Shown piece by piece: positions 22,968 through 37,800 of a stretch of DNA of 64,000 nt (position 1 is its first letter; each line of letters opens with the position of its first letter). The DNA lies in NCBI RefSeq assembly GCF_964204645.1, contig NC_134030.1, forward strand, positions 20,854,210 through 20,918,209. The letters are read 5' to 3'. Below the pieces are notes generated by a model. The model ran no database searches, was not told the DNA's origin, and was given only the letters and a program-made list of their open reading frames with translations. Made by a program: the position numbers and the translations under genes. Source of the stretch: Tubulanus polymorphus (taxonomy: Eukaryota; Animalia; Nemertea).

Positions 22968-24268
22968 CGGCTCGAATCGTAAATTACCGCGGTGAACTTT
23001 TTGGTGCGAAAACAGTAGGTAACGAATGTAACCATATGATATGGCGGCTGATTCGGGCCAAATTAAGAAAAAAGAATTCCGCGCAATGTATTTCGCTGCT
23101 TCGTTTCTGCGTCCGTTTCTTCGCCGCGCAGAAGGACGAACCTTCGTTTCTCGTTTCAGCGCCCGCAGAAATGAACTTCGTTCAGCTGCGTCCGGTTGTA
23201 ACCACGTGTTGACATTCGATGATAGAAGATCTATAAACACGTGTACGGGTATAAACGGGCTGTTGGTGTTCGGTTTGAGGATCGCTAGCCAGGGCGAAAT
23301 TCGGTTTTCTTAGCTAGTCGACTAGTGGTCGAAACCGAATGCGCTTAATTTCCGAGCTATTTCCGGAATATAGTTCCGACTAACTGAAATTCGGTTTCAT
23401 TTAGTTCGACTATAGTCGACTAACTCAGATATCAAACCGAAGTTGGCCCAGGCTGGGGATTTTGTATGTACTAAATTACTGAATGTCTCCGTGAGCTATG
23501 TATTGTCTTTATGTGTGGCCTGGATGATTCTACTGTTTTGATCTTAAAATAGGAATTGACTCTGTTATTTATTTGATTGGTAAATTCCTCGTCCCTTACA
23601 GACCCACCACACAAGCCGGGAGCGACACAGGGGGTTTAATATTGAAATCGGAAATCGAAGTACAGATATAGTTGTGTGATCGGCGGTCGAGTTTACAACA
23701 GTTTGTTTAAATCGAAGTACATTATTGGGAAATTCGGTTCCGGTTCATTCAAACAATGTTCCATTGGTTAGCCTTCCAGTTAAAGCAGTAAACACGTGCA
23801 TGTTTTTAATCGATTCTTGTGTATGCAGCCGGGAGGTCGTTCAGATATTCGAGTTCAGAGGAGTTTGAACGTATGATTGTGGTAAAAAATATAGTTCGTG
23901 TTGAACGAATATTCGAAGTCAAGTAAGCATGTGTATAAGATCGATAACGGAATCTGCGACTCAGGAAAGTAGCTGTATTTCAAAAAAAAACCTCTGTTCG
24001 GAGAAGACAGAAAGACCAACCACGCAGAGCGGTAGATTTGAAACCTGATTTCCTAAGCCACGAGAGAATGATAAATCTCCGACCTAGGCACAAAACTAAA
24101 TATTCGTTTGATTCGTCGAAAAAACTATCGTAAGTTCAGACTTGAAACTGAGATAAGATACGATGATTTTATCAGTCTCCAACTGTTTCCAAAAATAGTT
24201 TTCCATGAATATAGCGGCTGAAGGCGCTCCTAGCGTGTATCCAAAGTTTCTATCGACTGATAAATGGT

Positions 24269-27200
24269 TCAGCGAGTTTTCAAAATCCGTTTACTTTTAG
24301 CCCGAATAGATTTAACATCGATATTGAGGATGGTGTAAAGAAGTGGATTAAGCGACGAGTTGATCGGTAGGAAAAGTACCGCCAACCAAGCCGCCACTTG
24401 GTTCGGTATTTCTACTCGCAATACAGCGCAAAACTGAACGATTATTATCGGTAACCAGCAAAATAGATTACACAGATTTATCACTAAACTCCTACGCGCC
24501 AGAACCAATTCGGTAGGATCAGCTCTACCCGAGCCGGACCTGCTTCCAGATACGAGTTTATACATCTGTGCATACGTCATCATTATTGTAGCAAGTACGA
24601 CCGAGTTAAACACGGCAAAAATAGCGAATGAGTATTGCCAGGCGTGGACATTGATGGTTAGTAAGTTCATAGGTAAACAAACACCAGTTGTGCCGAAAAA
24701 GTTATTTCCGAAATAAGAAGATGACGATAGCGGTAGCATTGAAATGATGCTTAAAATGATCCAACATATGCAACAAATACTGGACACAGAAATCGAAGAT
24801 ATAATTGGGCTTCCAGAAAATGGGTCCACGATATTCGAGTATCTTTGACGGGTAAGCATTAGCAGAAAGGTCAACGATCCCTCGCAAGATAGAGTCACTA
24901 TAATCCCAGCGAGTCGACACGATGAACTATCCGTCCAACTTTCAGAATTTAAGAAGTAAACTCCTTTATAGACGTAATCGGCTCCAGCGATCATAAACAG
25001 ATAAATCGACATCAGAAAATCGCAAGTGGCAATATTAATAATGAGGATATCAGAGGATGTATTACGTGATTCAGAGGATGAAATTCGAAACGCTTGAACG
25101 CGAAGTAAAATGACAATAATGTTTGCGAAAAAGCTGAATGAAGCGATCGCCCAAATGATTGCTCTAAGAACAGTGTTACCCATCAGGTCGGAACAAGATG
25201 AAAATTGGTCGGCTTCAGGGAGACACTGGTCAACATTCGGAATCATGCAACAAAATTTGTACGCGTCAGAAGCCAAGGTACTTATTAATGTAAGACTGTC
25301 AAAAACGTTTTTTTCTACGGATATGACTTTTGAATTTTTGGTTAGATCCAGACTTTTAAGTTTTGTTAATCCGGCAAATGCGTTTGGTGAAATATAACTG
25401 ATTCTGTTATTGCTGACATCTAACGACTCTAAAGCGGATAAACCACTGAACACATTTCCAACGAGTAACGACAAGGAAAGTCCGTGGAGATCGAGATCGC
25501 TTAATGACTTTAAACCTAGAAAACTGCCTTCTTCTAAATATCTCACTGGATTCCCAAAAATCAAGAGAATATTCAAACTGTTCAAACCGGCGAATGTATT
25601 CGCGGACAATGACATTAAGCGGTTATATGTAAGATCTAATGTATGTAGATTATGCAGGTTTGAGAACGAGTTTGGAACAATATAAGACAAATTGTTACGT
25701 GAAATATTAAGAAGGTGTAGATAGAGGTAAGAAGAAAACGTGGACTCATTGAATACAACTCGGTTTTCTGATAAAATCAGAACTCGAGTTGATGCCGAGA
25801 ACATATCTGTAATTTCTACCAAACCAGCATCATCGCAATCAATTAAATGACCTCGACATTTACAATTTTCTGGACACGTGACGTCACAGTAAGACTCGTC
25901 ATCAGTGTTATGTTTACAATTTACAACATCATCACAAACTTCAGATTGAGGTATACATCGGTTTTCCTGGCCACATTTGAACATGCCGGGACATGACAAA
26001 GTCTCGCAGTTTCGCTCGTCTTCTGAATTAGGACAATCTGATCGACCATCGCACACCTGTCCCATCGGTATACAGTAAGATGCTAGACATTTTACAGTAC
26101 CAGCTGGACATTTGAAATCAGTGCAACCTTGTATATGTTCGAGCCTTTTACATACCGGGTAACTAATCGGCATCCTTTCTAAAATACATCTATGACGTCT
26201 AGAATAACAATGAGGAGAATCGAAAGAACATCTTTGTTCATCAGATTCTGTACAGAGATTTGTGAAATTAGTCGTACAGTAGTTATCATTATTACAGTGA
26301 ACTGTAGGATTCACTGTAACATTCGATGTTAAAAGTTCATCTTCTTCGAGGCTTCCGCTACAATCTACAACACCATCCCGATACAATAGAGAACTGATAC
26401 ATTCACCGTTGTTACACAGAAACCCGTTGCATATTTGTGGACCGCACTCCCGTTCGTCGGAACCGTCCTTACAGTCAACGATTCCATTACATCGGTACGA
26501 TCTATCTACACATTGACCACTAGTACAGCGGAATTGTTGCGGCGAACACAGTGGATGAAAACACGATTTCTCATCCGAGCCATCGACACAATCCGCTTCA
26601 AAGTCACACAAACAACTTATTGATATAACCTGACCATCTAAACAGTGGAACTGACTTTGTAAGTTTAAACCAGAACAATCGAGTTCATCTTCACCGTGTT
26701 GACAGTCGTTTCTCGTATCACATACGCGATGGTCGCTGATACATCTTTGATCGTTACATTTAAACTGCCACGATTTACAACCGCTTATAGAAGCCAACTC
26801 TTCACCAGTTACATTATAGTAACATAGCACGGAATGAACGTTGTTTGTCTGATTATTCCATGGTTTTATCGACCATCTCAACGACTCGATAAAAGTGATT
26901 CCATTCCTTGTCAAAACTGGTTCGATCACTTGAAACATTTTCCTAGCATCCATAGTCAGTATAGCGCCATATTGATGTTTAAAACTAAACTCGTCAATTA
27001 ATGCTTTTATTTCATTTTCCCTGTGCCTAGTAACAATAGCTATTTCAGCGTGAAGATCACGACACAATTTCGTAGCCCTTAGAATATCCAAACCTCGATT
27101 ATTGTTCCAATCTGTGAACATTTTACAACATTTACCTTCGACGTTTTGCCAACCTTTTTCACAGGTCGAGTTGTTGGTTGTATTTGGATTTTTAATACTT

Positions 27201-27556
27201 TCATTTCCAGTGAGAAATACGATATTGTTAAGAGTATCAGTTAGTTCTGTGATGCTCGTTGTATTTGTTGAATTATCCACGCGTTCTGAATCGATGTCAA
27301 TTCTATCCGATTCACAAATAAAAGTTGTTCGAGTCTCCTCGATTTGACACGGGAATCGAACCCAGTTCGCTGATCCTCGTGGGTTATTCAGTATCATCGC
27401 CGTACACGGCATATTGACGTCATTTATCGGTTGTTTTCGTAGAGGAGATATCAATCCTTGAATAACTTCTGGTATCGTTTCGTTTATCATTGCAGGTTTA
27501 AACCACTCTGTGTAGCTCAATGGTTTTCCATCAGTCCACGTGTAGAAACCATCATT
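24269..27556 (-). CDS. Copy 3 exon 3 (CTL-LDLa-LRR-7TM)
   Basis: ORF 24269..27583 trimmed to the acceptor. Confidence 0.93.
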   Translation of the reverse strand, partial: NDGFYTWTDGKPLSYTEWFKPAMINETIPEVIQGLISPLRKQPINDVNMPCTAMILNNPRGSANWVRFPCQIEETRTTFICESDRIDIDSERVDNSTNTTSITELTDTLNNIVFLTGNESIKNPNTTNNSTCEKGWQNVEGKCCKMFTDWNNNRGLDILRATKLCRDLHAEIAIVTRHRENEIKALIDEFSFKHQYGAILTMDARKMFQVIEPVLTRNGITFIESLRWSIKPWNNQTNNVHSVLCYYNVTGEELASISGCKSWQFKCNDQRCISDHRVCDTRNDCQHGEDELDCSGLNLQSQFHCLDGQVISISCLCDFEADCVDGSDEKSCFHPLCSPQQFRCTSGQCVDRSYRCNGIVDCKDGSDERECGPQICNGFLCNNGECISSLLYRDGVVDCSGSLEEDELLTSNVTVNPTVHCNNDNYCTTNFTNLCTESDEQRCSFDSPHCYSRRHRCILERMPISYPVCKRLEHIQGCTDFKCPAGTVKCLASYCIPMGQVCDGRSDCPNSEDERNCETLSCPGMFKCGQENRCIPQSEVCDDVVNCKHNTDDESYCDVTCPENCKCRGHLIDCDDAGLVEITDMFSASTRVLILSENRVVFNESTFSSYLYLHLLNISRNNLSYIVPNSFSNLHNLHTLDLTYNRLMSLSANTFAGLNSLNILLIFGNPVRYLEEGSFLGLKSLSDLDLHGLSLSLLVGNVFSGLSALESLDVSNNRISYISPNAFAGLTKLKSLDLTKNSKVISVEKNVFDSLTLISTLASDAYKFCCMIPNVDQCLPEADQFSSCSDLMGNTVLRAIIWAIASFSFFANIIVILLRVQAFRISSSESRNTSSDILIINIATCDFLMSIYLFMIAGADYVYKGVYFLNSESWTDSSSCRLAGIIVTLSCEGSLTFLLMLTRQRYSNIVDPFSGSPIISSISVSSICCICWIILSIISMLPLSSSSYFGNNFFGTTGVCLPMNLLTINVHAWQYSFAIFAVFNSVVLATIMMTYAQMYKLVSGSRSGSGRADPTELVLARRSLVINLCNLFCWLPIIIVQFCAVLRVEIPNQVAAWLAVLFLPINSSLNPLLYTILNIDVKSIRAKSKRILKTR

Positions 27557-30500
27557 CTGTTCAAAAATAAAATCCAGATTCATCTATCAACTTCAAAAAT
27601 AGCTGCAAAAACGGTTTTTAAGCATTTTTCTACTTTAATCATTGACATTGTGTTTAGACTCGAATATTTTCAGTGCATATTTCACATCTTTTTCAAAATT
27701 CAGCTTCAAAATGAAGTTTTATTTATAATTGATATCTAGAATAAAGAATATTTGCATTCATCAAATTTTATGATTTACATGAATTGAGAGTCTAGTGATT
27801 CGAGGATAATCTAACTTTCTTATCCCATTTTGTCGAGTGTAAGTTACCTTGAATTTTAGCCCGATCATCATTACAAGCGCCTCCTGGGTATATCCCTTTC
27901 TAAGAAGTTTCGTGGCGAATAATCTTTTGACAGAAATCATTTCATCTTGTGAGTTGATACTGAGAAGATGTCCTATGTATTTCTGTTGACAGTACATTTC
28001 AGCGTTCTCCCAATTCAGATATTCATCTCTGATGTATTTGACGCAGGAAATTCCCGAATCTAGAAATCCTGATTTACAGTGGATTTTATCAAACTGTTTT
28101 ATTGGTAACGACTTTTCTAAATTGTATTGTATTTGAAATGTGGGAACGCGACCATTTATCTCAAAATACAAATCATTGTCCCTTAAACTATAAAATACAT
28201 TTCCACGTTTAGCAATAGTTCCACATATATTAGTTTGATGTTCGGTTCCGCTTCCTGAAATAGCTAATCCATTATCGTAAAAGTCATGTATTTGTTGTTT
28301 GAATAGAATTGGGTCTTTGTCAAATCTTGATAATTTATTGCACGTTAAAGACTGTATAAACTTGATTATAAATCTGTAATATTGAATTCGATTATTTTCT
28401 ATCGGGTTTTCAAAGCGATAATAAGAAGATTTCAAAAAATATCCCGCCGATCCCGGATAGTTCGGTGATTGTACGATTCCACATTCATCCCTATCCGGGA
28501 AATATGAATGCCCGAATTGGGATTGTGTAGGTTTTTTTACTCCTTGACATTTACGACGTAGTTTAACTATCAATTCATAATTCCAGAATTGATATTTGTG
28601 GAACAATTTCAAAGCGTTAAATACGAAACTGTTATTGAGATACTCATTTGATAAACTCATTTGCCTGTCACACTTTCGTCTCGAGTATCGCGCAGGAAAA
28701 CATGCGTCAATTTGATATTCATATTCTGATAATATATAAATGTTTTCTAAAGGAAGGCGCCGGTTTTCAGGTGTAATCACTAGACAGTGTGACGTCATAT
28801 TGATCTGATTTTCTCCTTCCCGTAAAACATATCCATCACAATCAGCAGGATTGAATCTGAGATACCCAGAGTTAGGTACATCACTATAAGCGTATCCTAC
28901 TACAGTAACCGGTCCTCCTGATGTAATCAGACTGACGACGTTACGACCGTATTTATGGCCAGGACAATACGGACCATAGCGTCTAGCTGTAAAATTACCA
29001 CCATCATATATATAAAATCCAGCTCTCTCGCACATCTCAGATAAAACTGATAGTTTTAATCTATCATCATAGATATCAACTTTCCGTTTAAATTCTAATG
29101 TATTTATACGATACGATAATATTGTCTTCTTTGACGCCGGGAATAGTTTGCTCGGAATCAAACTTGCACCGGAGCCAAATATCTACAAAATATGAATATT
29201 GATCATTAATCTAATAATTTACATTGTTTTGTTAGATAAATTGTTTTACATTTTTCCTTAAATCATACACTTTATGTATTTATCCGACAAAATAATTGAC
29301 GAATTTTCCTTGTTCTTAATTACACTTTTGAATACATTAAAGGGATGTTCCGTATCTTATATTTTCGAACAAGAAATTTAAAGGTTGTACAAAAAAGTTA
29401 TATTTTAAAGAATTATTTAAACATCAGTTCTTGCACCAATATTCATGTTTAACAAAAATTCATATTTCTCATTTTAACAATATCAATTTAATTTTGTAAA
29501 ACAAAAGCTGAGAAATAATTTTACTACATCTGTGGACTTGCACGTCTTCTATTGAAAGAGAAATCTTTAAACTCATTTTTATTTCTATGGTTCATTCTTA
29601 CGTATTATTTAGCTGAAGCTGAGTAGTTATTTTACTCACCCTTCGTTTGTGAACTTGTACGTCTCCTGTGGATAAAGATTTCACTTCAAATTCTATCCTT
29701 ACATTCGATTGTAAAACACCTGGTCTTATTAAAACGCACAGTATGACGAGAAAACCGTCAGATTTAACACTCAGTGATTCCAGGTAGTTGTAACCGAGTA
29801 AAATATCAGTTCCTACAACGCGTAACCCTTCTAGTTTATATACACCGATGACGTCACCGGATGTGCTAAGATCACGTGTCCAGTTGAAGACGACGTACTG
29901 TAACACCTGCACTGTGATAGACCAGCAGTGTAAGTGTTTTGATCGAGTTATTACGTGTAAACTGTTGTCATCAGGAATGAGCACTCCAGACTCGTTATTA
30001 GAGATTTGAATTAACGGATTAGAGACGTTCCAATCAGATATTCTGTACACCTGAACTAATAGTTGTGATTTAAAGGACAATAGATGTGTATCGATAATGG
30101 CTTTGTTAGTTTTAGTATAGAATGATAATGGTGGATGTCCGGTTTGTTCTGGTATAACAGCTATAGGTTCACTGGTGTTCCATTCGTCATGAATTTGAAC
30201 AGTTGTCACTGAACGAGTGCGAGGAGATAATCTGAAATCTATTTGTAAGAACGTCAAATTCATAGCGAAACCATCTGGGATCTCGATCCATTCCAAATAT
30301 AATAAACATCGATATAAATATATTGCGAATTTGTATCCTGTCGAAGTTGGTAATATGTTTATTCTTTGTTTGTATATTATGCAGTTATGAATAAACTTTA
30401 AATTGTTTCGTTCATAACGATATATGATATAAACCCGACTACCCCGCGCACCATCGACGTTACTTCTAAACATCAACGAGATCGAATCGTTACGGCGGAT

Positions 30501-30827
30501 TTCATGTTTTCCTTCACCGCAGAATCTGTTATCGGACTCACCGACGAGAAGGTAGTTATCACTACAGAATATCGACGGCTCGATGTCGTAGTATAGTTTG
30601 ATGTTGAAAGTTCCCGGTAAAGAGCTGTTGACGAACCAACGACATTCAACACCGCGCGTAAACGACGGGTAATTCGGTGAAACGATGTAACCGGACGTAG
30701 AATCGACGGGGTACCAAGTGTTGTTACAAGACGAACTGACCGTCACAGAGTCAGACAGATCAGCGTGTGCGATGTTAACTCGCCAGACGATCAGCGACGA
30801 TATAAACAGCGCTCTCAGTCGATCCAT
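24269..30827 (-). CDS. GRL101-like LGR GPCR copy 3, join complement(24269..27556,27848..29182,29640..30827), ~1936 aa
   Basis: Same architecture and splice sites; uninterrupted frames. Confidence 0.9.
27848..29182 (-). CDS. Copy 3 exon 2 (CUB-like and CTL N-half)
   Basis: Conserved phase-0 splice sites. Confidence 0.88.
29640..30827 (-). CDS. Copy 3 exon 1 (signal peptide and CUB)
   Basis: ATG of MDRL; gtgagt donor. Confidence 0.88.
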
Positions 30828-31149
30828 ACCGAACAACAATCTCTACTGAATAATCAAAACTTGCATAGCTTTACGAAATCGAAACAAATTACAGTTCGTC
30901 CAATTAGAAAATTCGCTGAGAATTCTTTGAAATTGATATTTTTCGTCGTTGCTGCAATTATTTTGAAACCGATTCCAGTTTTGCATATTTGAACTTTTTG
31001 CAGTTCAGTTTCTCATGAAGCGTTCTGATATTTTTATTGCTCAGTTTCCAATTAATAACAAATATTCATATATCATATATTTCGTGTAGCTAACTACTAC
31101 AAGTTCACGTGTTTATAGAAGTGAAAGATCATTTCAAACATATGCGGGG

Positions 31150-31727
31150 TGAAGTGCGGAAGATCTATTTTGAAAGTTCACTGAAAAGATGTCTGATATC
31201 ACATGTTTATGTACATTTTTTGATAAAAAATGTCTCAGTTGAAGACCTGAACACATGTTAAGTGTGGACGATCAATTTTTGAAAGTGTGTGCTGATAATA
31301 TGTCTAATATCTGGTGTTTGTAGTTCATTTTCAAATAGAAATGTCTCAGGTGAAGCACTGAACACATGTGAAGTGTGGACGATCAGTTTTTGAAAGTGTG
31401 CTGATAAAATGTCTAATGTCTGGTGTTTGTAGTTCATTTTCAATTAGAAATATCTCAGATGAAGCACTGAACACATGTGAAGTGTGGACGATCAGTTTTT
31501 GAAAGTGTGCTGATAAAATGTCTAATGTCTGGTGTTTGTAGTTCATTTTCAATTAGAAATGTCTCAGGTGAAGCACTGAGCACATGTGAAGTGTGGACGA
31601 TCAGTTTTTGAAAGTGCGCTGATAAAATGTCTAATGTCTGGTGTTTGTAGTTCATTTTCAATTAGAAATGTCTCAGGTGAAGCACTGAACACATGTGACG
31701 TGTGGACGATCAGTTTTTGAAACTGCA
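31150..31727. repeat. 109-bp minisatellite (~5 units) upstream of copy 3
   Basis: Same unit. Confidence 0.93.
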
Positions 31728-32290
31728 AATAAAATCTCATGCATTTCCTCAGTATTTGATAATAGTGAAATAACTTATAGAAGAACATCTGAACACCCCT
31801 TAAACCTGCCACCATACTCATGACGTCATGAGTTGTGACAATTACAAATTTTTAGTACAAAGTATGTATGGATGGCAATAAATGAAAATAGACCGCCCCA
31901 GCCGGAACGGTAGCATCGATATCATTTACTTGGTCGTTACGTTGAATCTTTTCAAATAACTTCTTAAAACCTAGTCGGATTGATTCCCAACGGGTTTAGC
32001 AATAACATGCAAACATTCGGAGACCTTTTCTGCGAAGTCGAGGTTGACTGCTGGTAACCGATCGAGGTCACCCTTCGCGCGGATAACTGCTGACGTTCAC
32101 GAAATAATAACGTGACTTTGAGATAATGGATGCATTAGGAACATACACTAATGCACGGTGGAATTAATCGAGAAATTATCTGTTCCCTGTTAGTAACTCA
32201 GTAATATCATTCATTGATACACGATATTCTAATGCAGTAAAACATTATGTCGAATAATATTCTAACATATTTTGACGAACTTGTATTCAC

Positions 32291-32768
<478 letters not shown>

Positions 32769-34882
32769 GTATTCACACGCAGAGTAACGTTATAGCAAGC
32801 TCCCTGCGAATTTCTGCTCGAACACGATGTGCGTAACTAGATCGAAAATCCTATAACCAGCAACCAATGACGGGAACGTGTTCTTTAGGTTTTAAACTTA
32901 TACATTTCACTGAATTCTTGGTTCTGGACACTCAACACCCTCAGCGGCTAAATACAATCCGAATCGCCTACTTTTTGCTCTCAACAGTATGTTTTCAACG
33001 ATTACTAAGTGAGGCATTATTCAGACAGAGAACATGTATGGAATGAGTATGAATTATGTTTTTTTAGTTATCATTTCTATTAGCTCGCAGTATCCGGATA
33101 TATCATATTGCTGGTACGAATATCTATGGTCAAAAATGTTACAAGTATAATGCATCATATAAGATGAGGTTAATAATCAAAAACGAGCTGATAGCAAATT
33201 CGAAATATTCAACGATCATAATTGAAAACTTTCATTTTTATCTTATAAAGTTGAATATAGCGAGTTTTATTATCTTTTGCGAGTTTTTTTCTTATCTTAT
33301 GACAGATAGAAAGAATATCGTGTGATAAGTTTGTACAGTGGACTCCACTCGACTCAAATTCATTGGGACCAGAAACAAAAATCGACGAGTTAAGCGGAAT
33401 TCGATTTGAGGTTTTTGACGAAATTGGCCAAAAATTATCAAGAAATTAAACCATTCTGTATCGATCCTACGTGGCTTATTTGACTATTGGATGCTAAATA
33501 GAAATAAATCCCGTTAAAATAAAGTTTGTTTTGTCTCTTATTTACCTCCATAACTTTACTCGGTGCGAAGAAAAGTAAACGATCATAAAATGCGGCTCGA
33601 AACGTAAATTACCGCGGTGAACTTTTTGGTGCGAAAACGATAGGTAACGAATGTAACCATATGATATGGCGGCTGATTCGGGCCAAGTTAAGAAAAAAGA
33701 ATTCCGCGCAATGTATATATCGCTTCGTTTTTTCGCCGCGCAGGAAAACGAACCTGTGTTTCTCGTTTCTGCGCCCGCCGAAATAAACTTCGTTTAGCTG
33801 CGTCCGGTTGTAACCACGTGTTGACATTCGATGATAGAAGATCTATAAACACGTGTACGGGTATAAACGGGCTGTTGGTGTTCGGTTTGAGGATCGCTAG
33901 CCAGGGCGAAACTCGGTTTTCGTAGCTAGTCGACTAGAGGTCGAACTTAATAACCGAATGCGCTTAATTTCCGAACTATTTCCGGAATATAGTTCCGACT
34001 AACTGAAATTCGGTTTCATTTAGTTCGACTATAGTCGACTAACTCAGATATCAAACCGAAGTTGGCCCAGGCTGGGGATTTTGTATGTACTAAATTACTG
34101 AATGTCTCCGTGAGCTAAGTATTGTCTTTATGTGTGGCCTGGACGATTCTACTGTTTTGATCTTAAAATAGGAAATGACCCTGTTATTGATTTGATTGGT
34201 AAATTCCTCGTCCCTTACAGACCCACCACACCTGCCGGGAGCGAAACAGGGGGTTTAATATTGAAATTGGAAGTACAGATATAGTTGTGTGATCGGCGGT
34301 CGAGTTTACAACAGTTTGTTTAAATCGAAGTACATTATTGGGAAATTTGGTTCCGGGTTATCCAAACAATATTCCATTGGTTAGCCTACCAGTTAAAGCA
34401 GTAAACACGTGCATGTTTTTAATCGATTCTTGTGTATGCAGCCGGAAGGTCGTTCAGATATTCGATTTCGGAGGAGTTTGAACGTATGATTGTGGTAAAA
34501 AATATAGTTCGTGTTGAACGAATATTCGACATCAAGTAAGCATGTGTATAAGATCGATAACGGAATCTGCGACTCAGGAAAGTAGCTGAATTTCAAAAAA
34601 AAAATTTCTGTTCGGAGAAGACAGAAAGACCAACCACGCAGAGCGGTAGATTTGAAACCTGATTTCCTTAGCCACGAGAGAATGATAAATCTCCGACCTA
34701 GGCACAAAACTAAATATTCGTTTGATGCGTCGAAAACACTATCGTAGGTTCAAACTTGAAACTGAAATAAGGTATGATGATTTTATCAGTCTCCAACTGT
34801 TTCCAAAAATAGTTTTCCATGAATATAGCGGCTGAAGGCGCTCCTAGCGTGTATCCAAAGTTTCTATCGACTGATAAATGTT

Positions 34883-37800
34883 TCAGCGAGTTTTTAAAAT
34901 CCGTTTATTTTTAGCCCGAATTGATTTAACATCGATAGTGAGGATGGTGTAAAGAAGTGGATTCAGTGACGAGTTGATCGGTAGGAAAAGTACCGCCAAC
35001 CAAGCCGCCACTTGGTTCGGTATTTCTACTCGCAATACAGCGCAAAACTGAACGATAATTATCGGTAACCAGCAACATAAATTACACAGATTTATCACTA
35101 AACTCCTACGTGCCAGAATCAATTCGGTAGGATCAGCTCTACCCGAGCCGGACCTGCTTCCAGATACGAGTCTATACATCTGTGCATACGTCATCACTAT
35201 TGTAGCAAGTACGACCGAGTTAAACACGGCAAATATAGCGAATGAATATTGCCAGGCGTGGACATTGATGGTCAGTAAATTCATAGGTAAACAAACACCG
35301 GTTGTGCCGTAAAAGTTATTACCGAAATAAGAAGATGACGATAGCGGTAGCATTGAAATGGTGCTTAAAATGATCCAACATATGCAACAAATACTGGACA
35401 CAGAAATCGAAGATATAATTGGGCTTCCAGAAAATGGGTCCACGATATTCGAGTATCTTTGACGGGTAAGCATGAGCAGAAAGGTCAACGATCCCTCACA
35501 AGATAGAGTCACTATAATCCCAGCGAGTCGACACAATGAACTATCTGTCCAACTTTCAGAATTTAAGAAGTAAACTCCTTTATAGACGTAATCGGCTCCA
35601 GCGATCAAAAACAAATAAATCGACATCAGAAAATCGCAAGTGGCAATATTAATAATGAGGATATCAGAGGATGTATTACGTGATACAGAGGATGAAATTC
35701 GAAGTGCTTGAACGCGAATTAAAATGACAATTATGTTCGCAACAAAGCTGAATGAAGCGATCGCCCAAATGATTGCTCTAAGAACAGTGTTACCCATCAG
35801 GTCGGAACAAGAAGAAAATTGGTCGGCTTTCGGGAGACACTGGTCAACATTCGGAATCATGCAACAAAATTTGTACGCGTCAGAAGCTAAAGTACTTAAT
35901 AATGTAAGACTGTAAAAAACGTTTTTTTCTACGGATATGACTTTTGAATTTGTGGTTAGATCCAGACTTTTAAGTTTTGTTAATCCGGCAAATGCGTTTG
36001 GTGAAATATAACTGATTCTGTTATTGCTGACATCTAACGACTCTAAAGCGGATAAACCACTGAACACATTTCCACCAAGTAACGACAAGAAAAGTCCGTG
36101 AAGATCGAGATCGCTTAATGACTTTAAACCTAGAAAACTGCCTTCTTCTAAATATCTAACTGGATTCCCAAAAATAAAGAGAATTTCCAAACTGTTCAAA
36201 CCGGCGAATGTATTCGCGGACAATGACATTAAGCGGTTATATGTAAGATCTAATGTGTGTAGATTAACCAGGTTTGAGAACGAGTTTGGAACAATATAAG
36301 ACAAATTGTTACGTGAAATATTAAGGAAATGTAAATAGAGGTAAGAAGAAAATGTGGACTCATTGAATACAACTCGGTTTCCTGATAATATCAGAACACG
36401 AGTTGATGCCGAGAAAAGATCAGTAATTTCTATTAAACCAGCATCATCGCAATCAATTAAATGACCTCGACATTTACAATATTTTGGACACGTGACGTCA
36501 CAGTAGGACTCGTCATCAGTGGTGTGTTTACAATTTACAACACCATCGCAAACCTCAGATTGAGGTATACATCGGTTTTCCTGGCCACATTTGAACATGC
36601 CGGGACACGTCAAAGTCTCGCAGTTTCGCTCATCTTCTGAATTAGGACAATCGGATCGACCATCGCACACTTGTCCCATCGGTATACAGTAAGATGCTGG
36701 ACATTTTACAGTGCCAGCTGGACATATGAAATAAGAGCAACCTTGTATATGTTCGAGCCTTCTACATACCGGGTAACCAATCGGCATCCTTTCTAAAATG
36801 CATCTATGACGTCTAGAATAACAATGAGGAGAATCGAAAGAACATCTTTGTTCATCAGATTCTGTGCAGAGATTTGTAAAGTTAGTCGTACAGTAGTTAT
36901 CATTATTACAGTGAACTGTAGGATTCACTGTAACATTCGGTGTTAAAAGTTCATCTTCTTCGAGGCTTCCGCTACAATCTACAACACCATCCCGATACAA
37001 TAGAGAACTGATACATTCACCGTTGTTACACAGAAACCCATTGCATATTTGTGGACCGCACGCCCGTTCGTCGGAACCGTCCTTACAGTTAACGATTCCA
37101 TTACATCGGTACGATCTATCTACACATTGACCACTAGTACAGCGGAATTGTTGCGGCGAACACAGTGGATGAAAACACGATTTCTCATCCGAGCCATCGA
37201 CACAATCCGCTTCAAAGTCACACAAACCACTTATTGATATAACCTGACCATCTAAACAGTGGAACTGACTTTGTAAGTTTAAACCAGAACAATCGAGTTC
37301 ATCTTCACCGTGTTGACAGTCGTTTCTCGTATCACATACGCGATGGTCGCTGATACATCTTTGATCGTTACATTTAAACTGCCACGATTTACAACCGCTT
37401 ATAGAAGCCAACTCTTCACCAGTTACATTATAGGAACATAGCACGGAATGAACGTCGTTTGTTTGATTATTCCATGGTTTTATCGACCATCTCAACGACT
37501 CGATAAAAGTGATTCCATCCCTTGTCAAAACTGGTTCGATCACTTGAAACATTTTCCTAGCATCCATAGTCAGTATAGCGCCATATTGATGTTTAAAACT
37601 AAACTCGTCAATTAATGCTTTTATTTCATTTTCCCTGTGCCTAGTAACAATAGCTATTTCAGCGTGAAGATCACGACACAATTTCGTAGCCCTTAGAATA
37701 TCCAAACCTCGATTATTGTTCCAATCTGTGAACATTTTACAACATTTACCTTCGACATTTTGCCAACCTTTTTCACAGGTCGAGTTGTTGGTTGTATTTG